This document shows, piece after piece, positions 43,650 through 56,220 of a stretch of DNA of 64,000 nucleotides; the first letter of the stretch is position 1; every line of letters begins with the position of its first letter. The notes beneath the pieces are model-generated. The model was not told the DNA's origin. It made no database searches and saw only the letters and a list, made by a program, of their open reading frames with translations. Source of the stretch: Plasmodiophora brassicae (Eukaryota); contig CP145412.1 in assembly GCA_036867785.1 (NCBI GenBank), positions 496,001 through 560,000 of the forward strand, written 5' to 3'. Position numbers and translations under genes: made by a program.

Positions 43650-45158
43650 TCACGACGCGGTGTGCTCTGGGCGTTCCCCTCTGAAGAGATTCGCCGGTGA
43701 ACAGCAACACCCACAACATGACGATTGGTTCCGCTTGTATGACATCCGACGCAGGCGCGCCCTGATCGGCGTCGTCGTGTTCTACAGGCACGACGTTGAG
43801 CCTGACCGGCGGCGCCCAGCGCTGTACAACGGGGCGATTCTAGCCAGGGCCTCCCGGAAGTAGGCGCGATGATCGTAGTGCAGGCCTTGGGCCTTGGGGC
43901 GGGCGTGCTGCCGCAGCCAGGCGATAGACGGGATCAGCAACGGCGGCGTCTGCATCGCGACGCGGTCGGGCGGGCGGCGGATCCCGACCGGGACGCTCGC
44001 CACGAAGTCGTCCGCCGACTGCCCGAAACTGTGCCCCATCGTCGGCAGCGTTCGCAGGCGGGACGCCACAAGCGGCGCGATCCGCTTCGACGACGACGTC
44101 GCCAGCGACCCCGGCGTCCAGACGATGTTCGCCGGTGACGACCCTGGGCCCGACGTCGGCCTGCAATGGCCGATCGACACGACCGTCAATCGTCGCGACG
44201 AGGACCGGCGTCGCTCCATGGCCAGGACTTCCGGCACGGTCGGCACGCGGCACAACCCCGGGTACATCTCCGGGACCGGCCCTGTCGTGTCGAACGCGAC
44301 CTTGTCGAGGTCGCTGCCGGCGATGACTGGGCGCAGGTCGCCCGGCACCATCCAGGTCCCCGTTTCCGTTTCGTCCGCCACCCGGACGCGCCACTCCCCG
44401 TTGACAAACGTCACGTCGCCGAACTCGTCCTGCCGCCGAACGCGTCACCGACGAACGCTCTCTGTCGGGCCTGGTGTGCATACCAATCGGAAGCCTTTGC
44501 GAATGGCAGCAGACCGCCTGCGAATGTCCTCGGCGGCGCTGACCGCGCGGTCAGCGTTGATCCGTTCGATGACCTCCCAGCGACGTTGCTGTTCGCTCTG
44601 TTCGCGTTCAGCGCGCTTGAGCTTCCAGGCGGCGGCCAGCTCCATCTTGGACAGGCGCACGGCCGCATGCCGCTCCTTCACGGCCTGCGCCCGCGCTCGA
44701 CGATCCGCATCCTGCTCCTTCATCGCCTGCAACCGCTGCCAGCGCGCGTCCTCGTCCGCCTGCGCCTGAGCTCTGCCGACCGCCATCGTTCAGCACCTGG
44801 CAAGGACGCCCGCGGACACGTGACGGCGTTACTCCCGTTGCTGGCGTCGTTCCTCCTGGGCACTTGGCGACTGCCGCTCGGCGATGGGGCCCAGGGCGGC
44901 GTCGAGGAACTCCTGGAGCACGCGACGGGATCGGTCGCCAGGGACGGCGCCGAGGTAGTCGTAGGGCGCGCAATGCAGAAGGGCGTCGTCGTGGGCGGTT
45001 GGTCGGCGCGACGTCCGCGGCTCTATCGGGCCGAACACGTACGGGCCGGGCGTGCCGGGCGGGGTCTCCCCCAGCGACCCGAGCGACCGCGCCGACGACG
45101 CCGGCGACCCCTGCCGGCCGCCGCCATCGTCGCCGGGCGAGTCGACCGGTGCCGACAT
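43650..45158 (-). CDS. Hypothetical multi-exon protein with central coiled coil
   Basis: Consecutive coding-like minus-strand ORFs (44829-45251, 44445-44786, 43782-44414) separated by GT-AG-like gaps. Confidence 0.45.
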
Positions 45159-45387
45159 GATGGGCCCGTCAGATATATCTGTCGCCGCCGTACACAAGAT
45201 CGATATCGTCTCGTCGCCGGCCCGCGCACGACGGCACCTCGACTGGCCCATGCAGGGGCGCGATCCCGAAAAACGTGCGAACTGCGCGACTGCAGGTCGA
45301 CAAGTGCGTCAGACGGCGCTCTTTTGGGCAGGCCTTCCGCACATGTTGCCGTCGCTCACAGCCGAGCTCATGCGGCCGGGCACAGGT

Positions 45388-46659
45388 TTACTGTTTGCCC
45401 TTCTTGCCCTTCTTGCCCTTGCCCTTCTTCTTCTTGCCAGGAGCGTCACGCGAGGCGCGCACCTCCTGGCGGACGCGGTGGCCCCGGAACACGGCCTGGA
45501 TTCGCGTCGCCGCCCGACGCTCCGCGATCTCCCGTTCCCGCGCCCGGCGATCCTGCTCGATGCGCTTGGCGCGTGCGATCTGCTCCCGTTTCAGGATGGC
45601 CTGGCATCGCTCCAGGTCCTTGACCTGCGCGTCCCGATCCGCACGTAGCTGCCCCACCTTGCGTTCCGCGTTGCTGACGTCGTCCGCACGTCGTTTCTGC
45701 CATTCGCTCAGGTCGACCTCGCCCGTCTCCGTCCTCCGCTTCAGGTACGCGTCGACGAACGCGAACGCTTTCGTCTGCGTCGTCAGTTCGGAATCCGCCA
45801 CCGCGATCTTGTTGCTCATGTCCTCGCCGTCGGCCTGCGCCAGGCGCCGCTCGCTGCGAACGCGGGCCGCGTTCTGCGCCTCGATCATCGCCTGGTCGCC
45901 ATCCAGCGCCTTCCGGCACCGCTCCAGCTCGCTCTTCAATGCAGCAATCTCCGCTGCCCTCTTCGCGTCTTCAGCGTCGCCCTGCTCGCGCTCGCTGGCC
46001 AGCTGCTTGCTGAGGTCGCTTGACGACGCCAACGTTCGTCGAACGGCGTCGACGAGCTCCTTGTACCGGCGCTCGTGTTCGCGCTCTTCTTCCAGGACGC
46101 TGACCAGGGACAGGCACTGGCCGTCCGCCTCGAGCTCCTTGACGGCCTTCTGCAGGATGGCGAGCGCTCGCGTCTTCTCCCGCCGGATCTTGGCGGACGT
46201 CGCTGTGGACAGGGCCTTCTCGTTCTGAACCCGTTTCTGCATGGCGAGGTCGCTGGCACGAAGCGACCTGGCGACGCCTTCGACGGCGGCCGCGTCGCTG
46301 GCAGCGGTGCGACGGTTCCAGGTGGGCGCCTGCTGCGCCCGGCGGTCCATCAGGCGCTGGTATTGCGCCTGCAGGATGCGACGCTGGGCGAGGATCGATC
46401 CGATCGACTCGTCGAGGACCGCCGTGGACGGCGGCGTCAGGTGCGAGACGATGTCGAGCTTGTCGATGGCGCTCTCGACGATCAGGTGCACGACGATCAG
46501 CTTCGGGTCGTCGGCGAGCATGACGCGCCCGTCGACATGGTGCAGCATTGCGCCCGAGACGACGGCGGCCCGCCCGCCTGTCAGATTCACCCGATCGCTT
46601 CCAATGGGTACCCACCCGCCAGACGCCGCTAAGACGTGACTCACGCCCGGTGAGGCCAT
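45388..46659 (-). CDS. IQ-domain coiled-coil protein, dynein regulatory complex DRC9/IQCG or DRC10/IQCD-like
   Basis: Long coiled coil, C-terminal IQ motif ATRIQAVFRGHRVR and a KKKKGKGKKGKK tail. Confidence 0.75.
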   Translation of the reverse strand: MASPGVSHVLAASGGWVPIGSDRVNLTGGRAAVVSGAMLHHVDGRVMLADDPKLIVVHLIVESAIDKLDIVSHLTPPSTAVLDESIGSILAQRRILQAQYQRLMDRRAQQAPTWNRRTAASDAAAVEGVARSLRASDLAMQKRVQNEKALSTATSAKIRREKTRALAILQKAVKELEADGQCLSLVSVLEEEREHERRYKELVDAVRRTLASSSDLSKQLASEREQGDAEDAKRAAEIAALKSELERCRKALDGDQAMIEAQNAARVRSERRLAQADGEDMSNKIAVADSELTTQTKAFAFVDAYLKRRTETGEVDLSEWQKRRADDVSNAERKVGQLRADRDAQVKDLERCQAILKREQIARAKRIEQDRRAREREIAERRAATRIQAVFRGHRVRQEVRASRDAPGKKKKGKGKKGKKGKQ

Positions 46660-46722
46660 CACCTTCCGCCCGTGCTCACGCCGTCGTCCCAATTTCCAAC
46701 CCGCTCGACACCTCGTACGACC

Positions 46723-47277
46723 ATGACGAAGGCAACGCTTGCTACTGCTGCGACACTACTGCTGCTGTCCGCGTTCGTTGTCGCTGAGCCGCAGGGCGAA
46801 ACGGGCATCGCAATGGGACGGGTCGTCGACTCCCCGACGGACGTGGACCTTCGTTCGAGGTTTGCGACGGGATCGGACGCGGCCGTCAAGTCGGACGCGT
46901 ACGACGCCCTGATGAGGACGGCGGCGCAGCTGAACAAGGCCAAGGAGGACCTGGGCAGGCTCAACTGGTTCGACCGGCACTTCCGCATCACGGAACAGTC
47001 GCGCAAGGTGAACAAGCTCGAGATGCAGTACCATAAGGGCCTGAAGGCCATCCACGGGCTGATCGGCACCAAGTCCATATCCGATGAGCAGCAGGCGCTG
47101 CTAGACGACATCAAGCGCCGCGCCGAGGCCCTGCGCGACCAAGGCGCCGTGGCCGAGGCCAGGGACACGCGGGAGAAGCGCGCGCCGGACTACTTCGTCT
47201 GGGTCGTGACGGGCGCCGTTGGCGTGAACACGGCCCTGATTGGTCTGGCGATCCAGGCGAAGCGCATGCACTGGTAG
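46723..47277 (+). CDS. Hypothetical protein with signal peptide and C-terminal TM helix
   Basis: MTKATLATAATLLLLSAFVVA; helical ectodomain; C-terminal YFVWVVTGAVGVNTALIGLAI. Confidence 0.7.
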   Translation: MTKATLATAATLLLLSAFVVAEPQGETGIAMGRVVDSPTDVDLRSRFATGSDAAVKSDAYDALMRTAAQLNKAKEDLGRLNWFDRHFRITEQSRKVNKLEMQYHKGLKAIHGLIGTKSISDEQQALLDDIKRRAEALRDQGAVAEARDTREKRAPDYFVWVVTGAVGVNTALIGLAIQAKRMHW

Positions 47278-47362
47278 AACCCAATACATGTGGGGGACCC
47301 GCATGCCACTTGTGGTGACGTTGTCAGCGAGAGGGAAATGTATTGCATTCGCGGTTAACGGA

Positions 47363-47767
47363 CTACTGGGCGGCCACCTTCTTCAGCTTGGCGACTTCCT
47401 TGTTTACGAGGAACGACTTCTGCTTGCGGTGGATCATCGCCTCGAAGCGACCCAGGTCGGTCAGGCTGTGGCGCTTCTCCTGCTTTGCGATCTTCTTGGC
47501 GAACGACGTCTCCGCCCATTTGGCGTCTACGTCAGCGCTGGCCCATGCCTTCAGCAGTGTACCCTGGCGGATCGAGCGCGGGATGTTGAGCTTCAGCGGC
47601 GTAAGCGCCACGCGCTTGAAGACCAGTTGTTGGCGCTGAACGTTCGGTCCAGCGATCAAGGCGCGGTTCTGGTCGACGACGTCGAGGATGACGGCCAGCT
47701 TGCCGTAATCCGGGCCATAGTTGATGAAGATGACGCGGCCGACCTCCACAAACTTGTCGAACACCAT
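47363..47767 (-). CDS. RPL14: 60S ribosomal protein L14
   Basis: MVFDKFVEVGRVIFINYGPDYGKLAVILDVVDQNRALI...LTDLGRF. Confidence 0.95.
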   Translation of the reverse strand: MVFDKFVEVGRVIFINYGPDYGKLAVILDVVDQNRALIAGPNVQRQQLVFKRVALTPLKLNIPRSIRQGTLLKAWASADVDAKWAETSFAKKIAKQEKRHSLTDLGRFEAMIHRKQKSFLVNKEVAKLKKVAAQ

Positions 47768-47906
47768 GGCGGTCCTGCTGTGAAGTACGTCGACGCGATA
47801 AACGCCGCCACGGACTCCGTCGCCCTCGCTACAGATAGCGCGGCGCGCCCTAATATTGCGACCCGCGACCGTGGCGGCTATGGAAGGCACGGAGGGATGG
47901 ATGACA

Positions 47907-49481
47907 TTATTCGGTCTGATGCCGTGCCGGGTCCGCGTCATCGTAGAACTCAGACGAGTGCTGCCGCTTGCGACGGCTTCGCCCTGACCCGTCGATTTCG
48001 AGATCGGACTCGGCATCGCCGTTGATCATGTCGGTCGTGAAGAAGTCGTTCGGGACCTGCTGCATCTGCACTGATGGGGCATGCTCGATGGACGCCAGGT
48101 TCTGCAGAATCTTGTTCTTGATGTCCTCGAGATACTTGCGCGAGTTCTGGTTGGTCGCACTCGAGGGCTGGACGTGGAGCTGGAAGTCGGGCGAGTAGTA
48201 ATGGAAGAAGTCATTGTACGGGATGGAGTTCGAGATCTCAGTGTCCAGCAGGACCGACGTCTCGTAGGCCCAGCACCTCGATACGTTCCTGATATTATAA
48301 CCGCCGCCGCCCAGAACCAGCGTCGGCACGTTGAAACTCTTCACGAACCGTACCGCCTCTCCATGCCCGCGGACGGTCAGGTTGAAGCACCCGAGACGGT
48401 CGCCCGTCAAGGAGTCGGCTCCACATTGCAGGACAATGGCACCAGGTCGGTAGACCTCCATCACGCGAGAAATGATCGGCTTAAACACGAGCAGGTACGA
48501 GTCGTCGTCAATGCCCGATTCAAGGGGAAAGTTGATGGCGTAGTTCTTCCCCAGCCGAGCCCCAGTGTCTTTAACGTCGCCCGTACCCGGAAAGAAGTTT
48601 CCAAACTACGGAATGCAGGACGTGAGAAACGTTCCGCCGGAGAGCCACTGTCAAGTACCTTATGGAACGAAACGGTCATGACGCGATCGGTCGTGTAGAA
48701 AGCCTCCTCGACACCATCGCCATGGTGGATATCGATATCAATATACAACACCCGCGCATGGTACTGCCCGGCGGGCAGTCAGAGACGATACGCCCAACCG
48801 CACGGGGGACTGACCTTCAGGAGTTCAAGGATGCCCAGAACAATGTCGTTCACGTAACAGAATCCGCTTGCTTCGCTTTTCTTGGCGTGGTGCAAACCGC
48901 CGGCCCAGTTAACAGCAATATCAACTTCACCATTGTTGAGCTTCACCGCGCCATCAATCGATGCGCCGGTGTATGTCGCACAGAAATCATACATGCCGTC
49001 AAACACGGGGCAATCCGTGAACTCGCCCAGGTTATCTACAGAGGCCATGCAACGACAGGCGGTGAGAGACAGCGATGATCGGGACACGAGAATGGCCTAC
49101 ATTGCTCCAGTTGCCTCATCAGGCTCTTGTAGTTGTCGGGTGATACCCTCCTCAGGAAATCAATGTAGTCCGCAGAATGAAATTCGCTCATCTCAACGGA
49201 CGTCGCCACATGCGGGGTCTGTCTGCCGATTTCATTTCGTCGGAACGCGACGACCAGCGCGCCCCGTAACTCACATAGACATCCATCTTCTTGTACAGCC
49301 CATAGCTGAGCAACAGCGAATGCGTCATACGTAGCCGGTGCGGTTTCATCGGATGCCCCGCTCCATAATAGTACGACCCGTAATCGCCTGGCGCGCACCA
49401 AACACCCGTCAGCGACATCCAGGCGATGAGCCTATCCCACGCCCGCCCACCATCGTAGAAGTAGCAGACGCGCGACGACAT
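47907..49481 (-). CDS. Class I histone deacetylase (RPD3/HDAC3-like), multi-exon
   Basis: [66 protein letters not shown] and GGGGY. Confidence 0.96.
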
Positions 49482-49774
49482 CGACGGGCGACGGGTCGCA
49501 GAGCGCGTGCGGTCGCCCCGCACGCACTATAAATGATCGTAACGCGCCTGTCGATCCGATCCCGAATGGAATCCGCGCGTATAACCGGAAATGCGGCTTG
49601 CTGCTGCCGCCCCCCGGACGATACGGTAACGAACTAGTTAATCGAATAGGTAGGAGGTCCCTCGTTGCGTCCGGCGACAGTTACGATGCGGGCGCTGAGG
49701 CTGATCCGACGGAGCGGCTGGCGGTGCGGTTCTGAGTGGCGCTTGGTGACGGCGACGGTCATTTTGTTTTGGAT

Positions 49775-50725
49775 ATGACAACGACAACGACAACGACGAC
49801 GACGACGATAGTATACGGGCGGCATGGGCCGCCGGCATGTCGCACGGGCCAGCTCAGCATCGTGTCGTTCAATATTCTGTCGCAGACGTGCCTGGATGCG
49901 CATGTCGCCTGTGGGCAGGAGGACCGGCAGTACGGGCATGTGGCGCCCGCCTGCCGGGCCTGGCGGCATCGCCTGCCCCTGATCGTCTCGCTGCTGACGG
50001 AGATGTCGCCTTCGATCGTGTGCTTGCAGGAGGTCGATCCGGATACGTTTCACAGTGACTTTGATGAATGGATGAAGGCGCGTGGATACGCCAGCGTTCT
50101 GCAAGATAGTCGTCACGGGGTCTGGTTCGTCAACGCTATCCTGTACCGGTATGACCAGGTATCGGTAGTCTGGCAAGAATCAAGGTCACGGGCGCTGCTT
50201 GTCGAACTACGAACGGCGTCCGGCGACAGCGTACTCGTCGGGAATCTTCACCTGCAGGCCATGCCGGCGGAGGCGCCGACCCGGTTCTGTCAGGCGCGCA
50301 ACACGTTGAAACGACTGCGACATCGCTTGGAGACAACAGGGGGCGACCCGACAGCTGCGAGGATCGTGCTCTGTGGCGACTTCAACGCTGACGACGGTGG
50401 CAGCGTTTCTGAGCTGCTTCGGCAAGGCTCGATGGAGCCCCGTCACGTTGATGCAGAATCGGGGACGGTCGTGAACGACGAAGAATTTCAGCATCCGTTC
50501 CGGTTCGAGAAGGTGACCGGAAGCCCGGCACCTTCCTACGTGACACCTGGGCACAGTCACCTCGTGGACCTGATTTTCGTGCAGAACCTCAAGGTCGACG
50601 CCGTGTTGAACCCGCTCGATGGTGCGGAAGAACTGGATCAGGTCACGCGAGCCGATGTGCCGCCGTCTGCCGCGTGGCCATCAGATCATTTGCCAGTCGG
50701 CGCCCTGCTGACGATAATGAGGTAA
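49775..50725 (+). CDS. EEP-family phosphodiesterase (CCR4/Angel/PDE12-like)
   Basis: SFNILSQ, W..R..LI, CLQEVD, NLHL, CGDFN, DLIF and PSDHLPV; start codon uncertain. Confidence 0.85.
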   Translation: MTTTTTTTTTTIVYGRHGPPACRTGQLSIVSFNILSQTCLDAHVACGQEDRQYGHVAPACRAWRHRLPLIVSLLTEMSPSIVCLQEVDPDTFHSDFDEWMKARGYASVLQDSRHGVWFVNAILYRYDQVSVVWQESRSRALLVELRTASGDSVLVGNLHLQAMPAEAPTRFCQARNTLKRLRHRLETTGGDPTAARIVLCGDFNADDGGSVSELLRQGSMEPRHVDAESGTVVNDEEFQHPFRFEKVTGSPAPSYVTPGHSHLVDLIFVQNLKVDAVLNPLDGAEELDQVTRADVPPSAAWPSDHLPVGALLTIMR

Positions 50726-50751
50726 ATCAGTACGACCGACCAGTTGCGTGT

Positions 50752-51232
50752 TTATGTTCTGCCAAGGAAGGCGGCCTTCAAGGTTTCGTAGTCGATCGCT
50801 CCTGTGCCCGTGCTGTCCACCTGGTCGATCATGAGCTGGAGTTCGGCTATATGTGGCGGGTTGTCCTCGCCGGACAATGCTTTCGACAGTGTGGACGCGG
50901 TCACTGGTTGTGCCCCGCCCTGCGATAGACGGTCGAAAACCTGTCGAAGCTCATCTTCGATAACTGCGGATCGCAGCGGGTGCATTATTATCTGACGAAA
51001 CGTCTTGGTCCGTCTTAGGCCCTGCTGCTGGGTACCGTGAACCACAGCGCAGACATACCTTGAACGTTATCAGTGAATCGCCGATCTCCTGACGAAGCTC
51101 CGTCTCGCTCATCGGGCTTCCGCATGCCTTAACGAGGTCTGCCAGCTTGTCGAACGGTATGCTGCCGGTTCCGTCCCCGTCGACAGTCTTGAAGATGTCC
51201 TCCAGCTCATCGTCCTGCTCCTTGGTCAACAT
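50752..51232 (-). CDS. Calmodulin-like EF-hand protein
   Basis: FKTVDGDGTGSI and IDQVDSTGTGAIDY EF-hand loops; one intron. Confidence 0.8.
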
Positions 51233-51335
51233 CCGCCTAATCAGCACGACGCGACTGGTCCACTGCCCGTCTCACAGCGGGATTCATGCCAGATCAGTCA
51301 TGACGTTCCGGTTCCCGGTGTATTGACAACAACGA

Positions 51336-53930
51336 TCAATGCCTCCGCTTGAACCGCGTCTTCGACTTAAACGACCCTTTCCTGACCTTGCGCTTGATTC
51401 CGTCACCTTTCTTGTCGTCGTCGTCATGCCGGTCAGGAGCATCATTCGTATCCTGATAACGCCCCGCGAAAGTGTCCTTATCAACGACGTCGTCCCTATA
51501 CCTCGGCTTCTTCTTCGGCTGCGTCCTGAAAGGGGGTCACTAACGTGGGGGTGACGAAACGAGAACGCACCGGTTCACGTACACATCGGGCTCTTCATCA
51601 AGGTCCTGCTTCGTCAGGCGGCGTTTCGCCTTCTCCTTGCGCGAGGCAATTTGCATGGCAGCTGCCGCCGAAGGCCTATCGCCATTCTCCTCCCTCTGCG
51701 CCTGTTCTTCCAGGGCTTGCAGTTTCCGTCGCCTCTGCTTGCGGCTCAAACCTCGCAGCTGCTCAGCGACAGACTTACTCGACACAGTCTGAATATCCTT
51801 CTTCGGAGCAGGGGCGCTGGCTTTCAGTGGGGTGGATTCGCTCATATGCGCCTTGGCCGCCTTCTCCTTGTCGGCCTTTGAGCAGAACCACGTCTTCTTA
51901 GGCCGATTCATGATCTCGCTGCAATCGATATAAGTACTAGACAAGAAGGCGATTCCCACAGAGGCATAACCGTTCGTGGACCAGCTGGTTCTGCACCTTG
52001 TTCGCGTTCATCTCAGCGAGGCGGATCTGCTTCTCAACGTGCTCCTCCTTCTGTATGGCGACCAGTTTTTCCTTCATTGAGGCGATCAGGTCGACATGGT
52101 ACTGGATAACGGCAGGAGCCAGCTTGCGACTCTTCACACTCGCCGACGAATGCGATAAAATCTCCTGCGACGGGATAGATTACGATGTTTGCCTGGTAAC
52201 GGTAGCATCGGCCAACCTTCAGCACGCTCCTTGACTGGTCGGTGACGAGCGTAATGGCGTGGCCCGTCTTGCCCGCACGTGCTGTCCGACCGACCCGATG
52301 GACATACGTGGTCAGCTTCGAAGGGAACGAGAAGTTCACGACGTTGTGGACGTCCGCGATGTCGAGTCCACGAGATGCCAGATCGGTACACAGCAGGAAA
52401 TCGACATCGTTGTCGCGGAACTGTTCCAGCGCGGCAAGCCGCTGCACTTGTGTCAGGTCGCCATGCAATTCGGCAGCGCGCAGGCCAGCCACCCCGAAGA
52501 TGTGCAACGCTCTGTGGGCCAAAACTTTCGACCTGGACACGATTCTGTCATGCCAAGTAGCAATAGGAACGTGCGAACGCATGGTCTGACGGGAAGAACA
52601 CCATCGTCCTCGTTCGGGTTGTGCGCCGGCACAACGCGAGAATGATTGCCATTGACGTGCGTTCAGAGTTATCACGCACACGCACGAATTCCTGTGCGCG
52701 TGTCAAACGCACACCTGCGAGACGCTCGTTAATGGAAACCAACCTGGGTCAGGTTCGTCGGTAGGGTGTTCGTCGCGTCGATGGTGATCACCTTCGGGTC
52801 ATTCAGCGACAGGTCAGCCAACGACGTGACCTGAGGCGTTAGCGTAGCAGACAGAAGCAAGGTCTGTCTGCCTCTCGGACACGAGTTGACGCATTCTTGT
52901 ACCTACAGGAAACGTCTCATCAGCATCGCAGACGATGACTCGGCCATCTCAAACAATCAGAACCTCGTCCACGAATCCAAGGTCTAACAGGCGGTCGGCT
53001 TCATCGAGGACCAGAATTTCAACAGTATCGAGGTGGATACTTTGCGTATTCCTCAGATGATCGATCAACCGCCCTGCCAATATCGTATGTCAGTTGCAAT
53101 GACGCCTTGTGGCGAGCAAGGGATACTTGCCTGGAGTCGCGATGACAATATCTGGCCGTGTTTGCAGAGCAGCAGCCTGACGTTGCAACGACAGACCACC
53201 GACCACCAAGCAGGCCCGGATCGACGTCCCATCACAAAGCTTCTCGGTGACATCGAAGCACTGCGTCGCTAACTCACGTGTAGGAGAGAGAACCACAACG
53301 CGGGTTACGCTCACCCTGTTGGGGCATTGCAGAATGCGCTCCAGAATGGGCAACATAAACGCAGCGGTCTGAAGTTCGCCTAAGACGCATCGATGGGAGC
53401 CACAACCGGAAGCGTACCTTGCCGGACCCAGTGACTGCGTTGACCAACAGGTCATGCCCTTGCAGTGCGGCAGGAATTGCCATACGCTGGACGGGAGTGG
53501 GGACGGACAGACCCATCTTCGATAAGTTCACCAGAAGTGGACGCGATAGACCAAGAGACGTGAAATCCGTTGGGCCGTCAGACGCTGGAGTAGCTCCACC
53601 CTGTGTAGTCTTCGCCGCTTTGGTCCTCGGTGCTTTGGGAACCGCCGGTTTTCTCTTCTGCATAGGAACGACGTCGTCGACTTTCACGTCGACCTCGTCA
53701 TTCACCTCCACCATCTTGGACAGAATGATCGGTTTCATGCTGTTCACGCCAAGGTCGGGACCGCCAGCTCCGTCGTCGCTCAATTCGACATCAGACACCG
53801 GCTCCGCGTCAAACGCGAATTCACCAAACCGGACCACATTGTCATCGTCTACATCGGATGACGAGCAAACGTCAACGTCGGGTTCTTCATCGGAAACCAG
53901 CACAGGTGCACGAAGGCGGTCGAGCCCCAT
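51336..53930 (-). CDS. DDX27: DEAD-box RNA helicase DDX27/Drs1
   Basis: [45 protein letters not shown] and C-terminal [10 protein letters not shown]. Confidence 0.92.
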
Positions 53931-54451
53931 TCCGAGCAATTCCCGACCCAACTGGAGCCAACTCCGCCACGGAGTCCGTGGCGGACCAGTCGTGTGACGC
54001 ACTGGGGTCACTCCCGCCTGCTCGACTATTTACCTACCTACACCTACCTATCGATCACATCACGCCCGTCAATGCCGGCCAACGGCTACCGTATCCTGAC
54101 GAAACCTCTATGCGACGAAGGCGAGCGTAACTCAAAACAACATGACGGTTAGATAACTCGCTACCACCCCAGCCAGGTAAAGACTGACTGCTGTAGTTGC
54201 GCGACCGATCAGTGAACGCTTGAACCATGCCTGGCGCGTTCCCGACGGAGTCTGTTGCGGTAGCAGGATGGCCCGGAGAATCGTGCCACATCATCGCCCG
54301 TGGTGATGGGCTGATGATGGCCAGGGGTACCGGTAGCCGGGTGTATTCGTGTGGTGCGTCTCTGTCTGCGTCGATCTGCTGCCCCACGGACATTTGGGTC
54401 ACGGTGACAGGCGACGGGTCCTTGTTCGCATCGCGTGGCGTGCGTCGCGAC

Positions 54452-56120
54452 ATGCCGGCGACACCGACCGAGCGCATCGTGTATAGCAAGGCGGAACTGC
54501 GCGCCCTGTCGTTGGCGCCGGCGGCCAACGTCAAACCCGCTGATCTTCTCCATGTCGTCGACAGGTACGCGCGCCCCGTTGCAGATGATGCCGTGGCGTG
54601 TCGGTTAACGGCCACAATCGCCGCAGGGTCAGAGTACGGCCGCATCATGCCCAGGAGGACAGCCACGCGACGAAATCGTCCCGGTCGCGAACCCGGGCGG
54701 CGTCCCACAGTCAGTAGTCGCGGGGGTGTCGGCTGCGGTATCGTGCTGATCTGTATCGGTGCGATAGTATCGGGATCGTCAGGCTCGGGCGCGCGTTGGT
54801 CCAAACATGATGGCGTCAGGCATTCCTCGTCGAGCAGCGTGACTCTGTCCAGGTGCCTGGCGTTGTCTGCTTGCCGCCCGTGATTGCTGATTGCCCATGC
54901 GATATAGCCGGCATTGGGACTCCCAGCAACGCGACAGGCCGGCTGAGCGGACGACGTCGGACCGTCGCGCGGGCAACCACCATGGCCTGCGAGACGACGA
55001 CGATGCAGAAGCGCCGGAATGGGCAGATGGCACTGTGAACTTCACCGAGAACTTTGATTTCAGCCAGGCCATGCTGGACCGGGACCGGCCTGCTGTCGCC
55101 GCGCCAGCGCCCACTGTCGAACCGACTCCCCCGCCGGTGCCGACGTCCACGAGGTCGCGGTTCGCGTTTGCAACCGGTGTCGAAGAGGAGCAACAACGAC
55201 AAGAGCAAGCGCCCGTGCGTGCTACTCGTGTGGCTGCCGACCTGTTCAGACGACTGAACGTGGTGTAGGCCCCGTCGACATCGCCGACGCAGGCGCAGGG
55301 GAAGGATGACTCGACGCCGCCCGCCCGATCTCGGTTCAAGTTCGTGATGGATAGCTCGCCCGAGAAACCTGCTGCTGCTGCTGCTGAACAGCAGCCAGTC
55401 GCCCCACATTCGGAAGCGCGGTCTCGGTTCGGCTTCGTTCTTGACAATTCGCCCGAGGTGCAAAGACGGCCGTCACCGCCAGCACCACCCTCCGTTGACA
55501 TTGGCCGTCCGTACGCTCAGCCGTTAGTGCATCTTCCACCCTGCTTGCGGCCGGCGCACGCTGACAATGTGGATAGAGATGCATCCGACGCCTCGCATCC
55601 AAAGGGCACGCCAATCGAGGTCAACGCGATGTTCCAGATGTTTGCTACTATGTCCACTGCGAGTAACCTGCCTCCGCCGCCTGTGCCACCACCGGCCCGC
55701 TATCCTCCTATGCACTATGTGCCACCGCCCCCACATTTCCCGATGCCGACTCGAGCTATGCCGCCGCCTCCTCTCGCGGCGTACGCCCCAGTTCCCGTCG
55801 CTGCCGCGTCGGCGTCGTCTCCAACTGCTGCCCAACCGGCAATCGCGCCTGTTGCACAGGCCCGAACGACCCGACGAGGTGTCCCGTTGGCTAATGTCCC
55901 TGCGCGCACTGCTCCGCCGGCCTACGTCAGATCATATATGCAACTAACCGATCAGCCGGTGTCTGGTGCCGTCCAGGGCGGCTATGCGCCACCTGGCCTG
56001 ATCGTGCACCCAGGGCGTGCCGCGCCCCCGTTAGCGCCGTTCCCGACACAGGCCCCACGATATCCACCACAGCCACAGGGCGGCATGATCCCATTCAGAC
56101 AAACAGGAGCGCCACTCTAG
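54452..56120 (+). CDS. Low-complexity protein with candidate eIF4E-binding and PEW motifs (4E-T/GIGYF-like), multi-exon
   Basis: N-terminal YSKAELRAL, APEWADG...FDF, three SRFxF motifs and a Pro-rich C-terminus. Confidence 0.55.
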
Positions 56121-56220
56121 CCCCCCCGTTTGGCAGAGTTGAGAATTCGCGCCCGGCCCCACCAGTTATTCAACCACTTATACACAGCTCGGTCGAGCGC
56201 GAATTACGAAATCGGCCTTA

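Noticed and set aside
44166-45623. 485-aa plus-strand ORF and many similar overlapping ORFs
   Set aside because: These are antisense or shadow frames of GC-rich coding sequence, with Arg/Pro/Ala-biased translations and no motifs.
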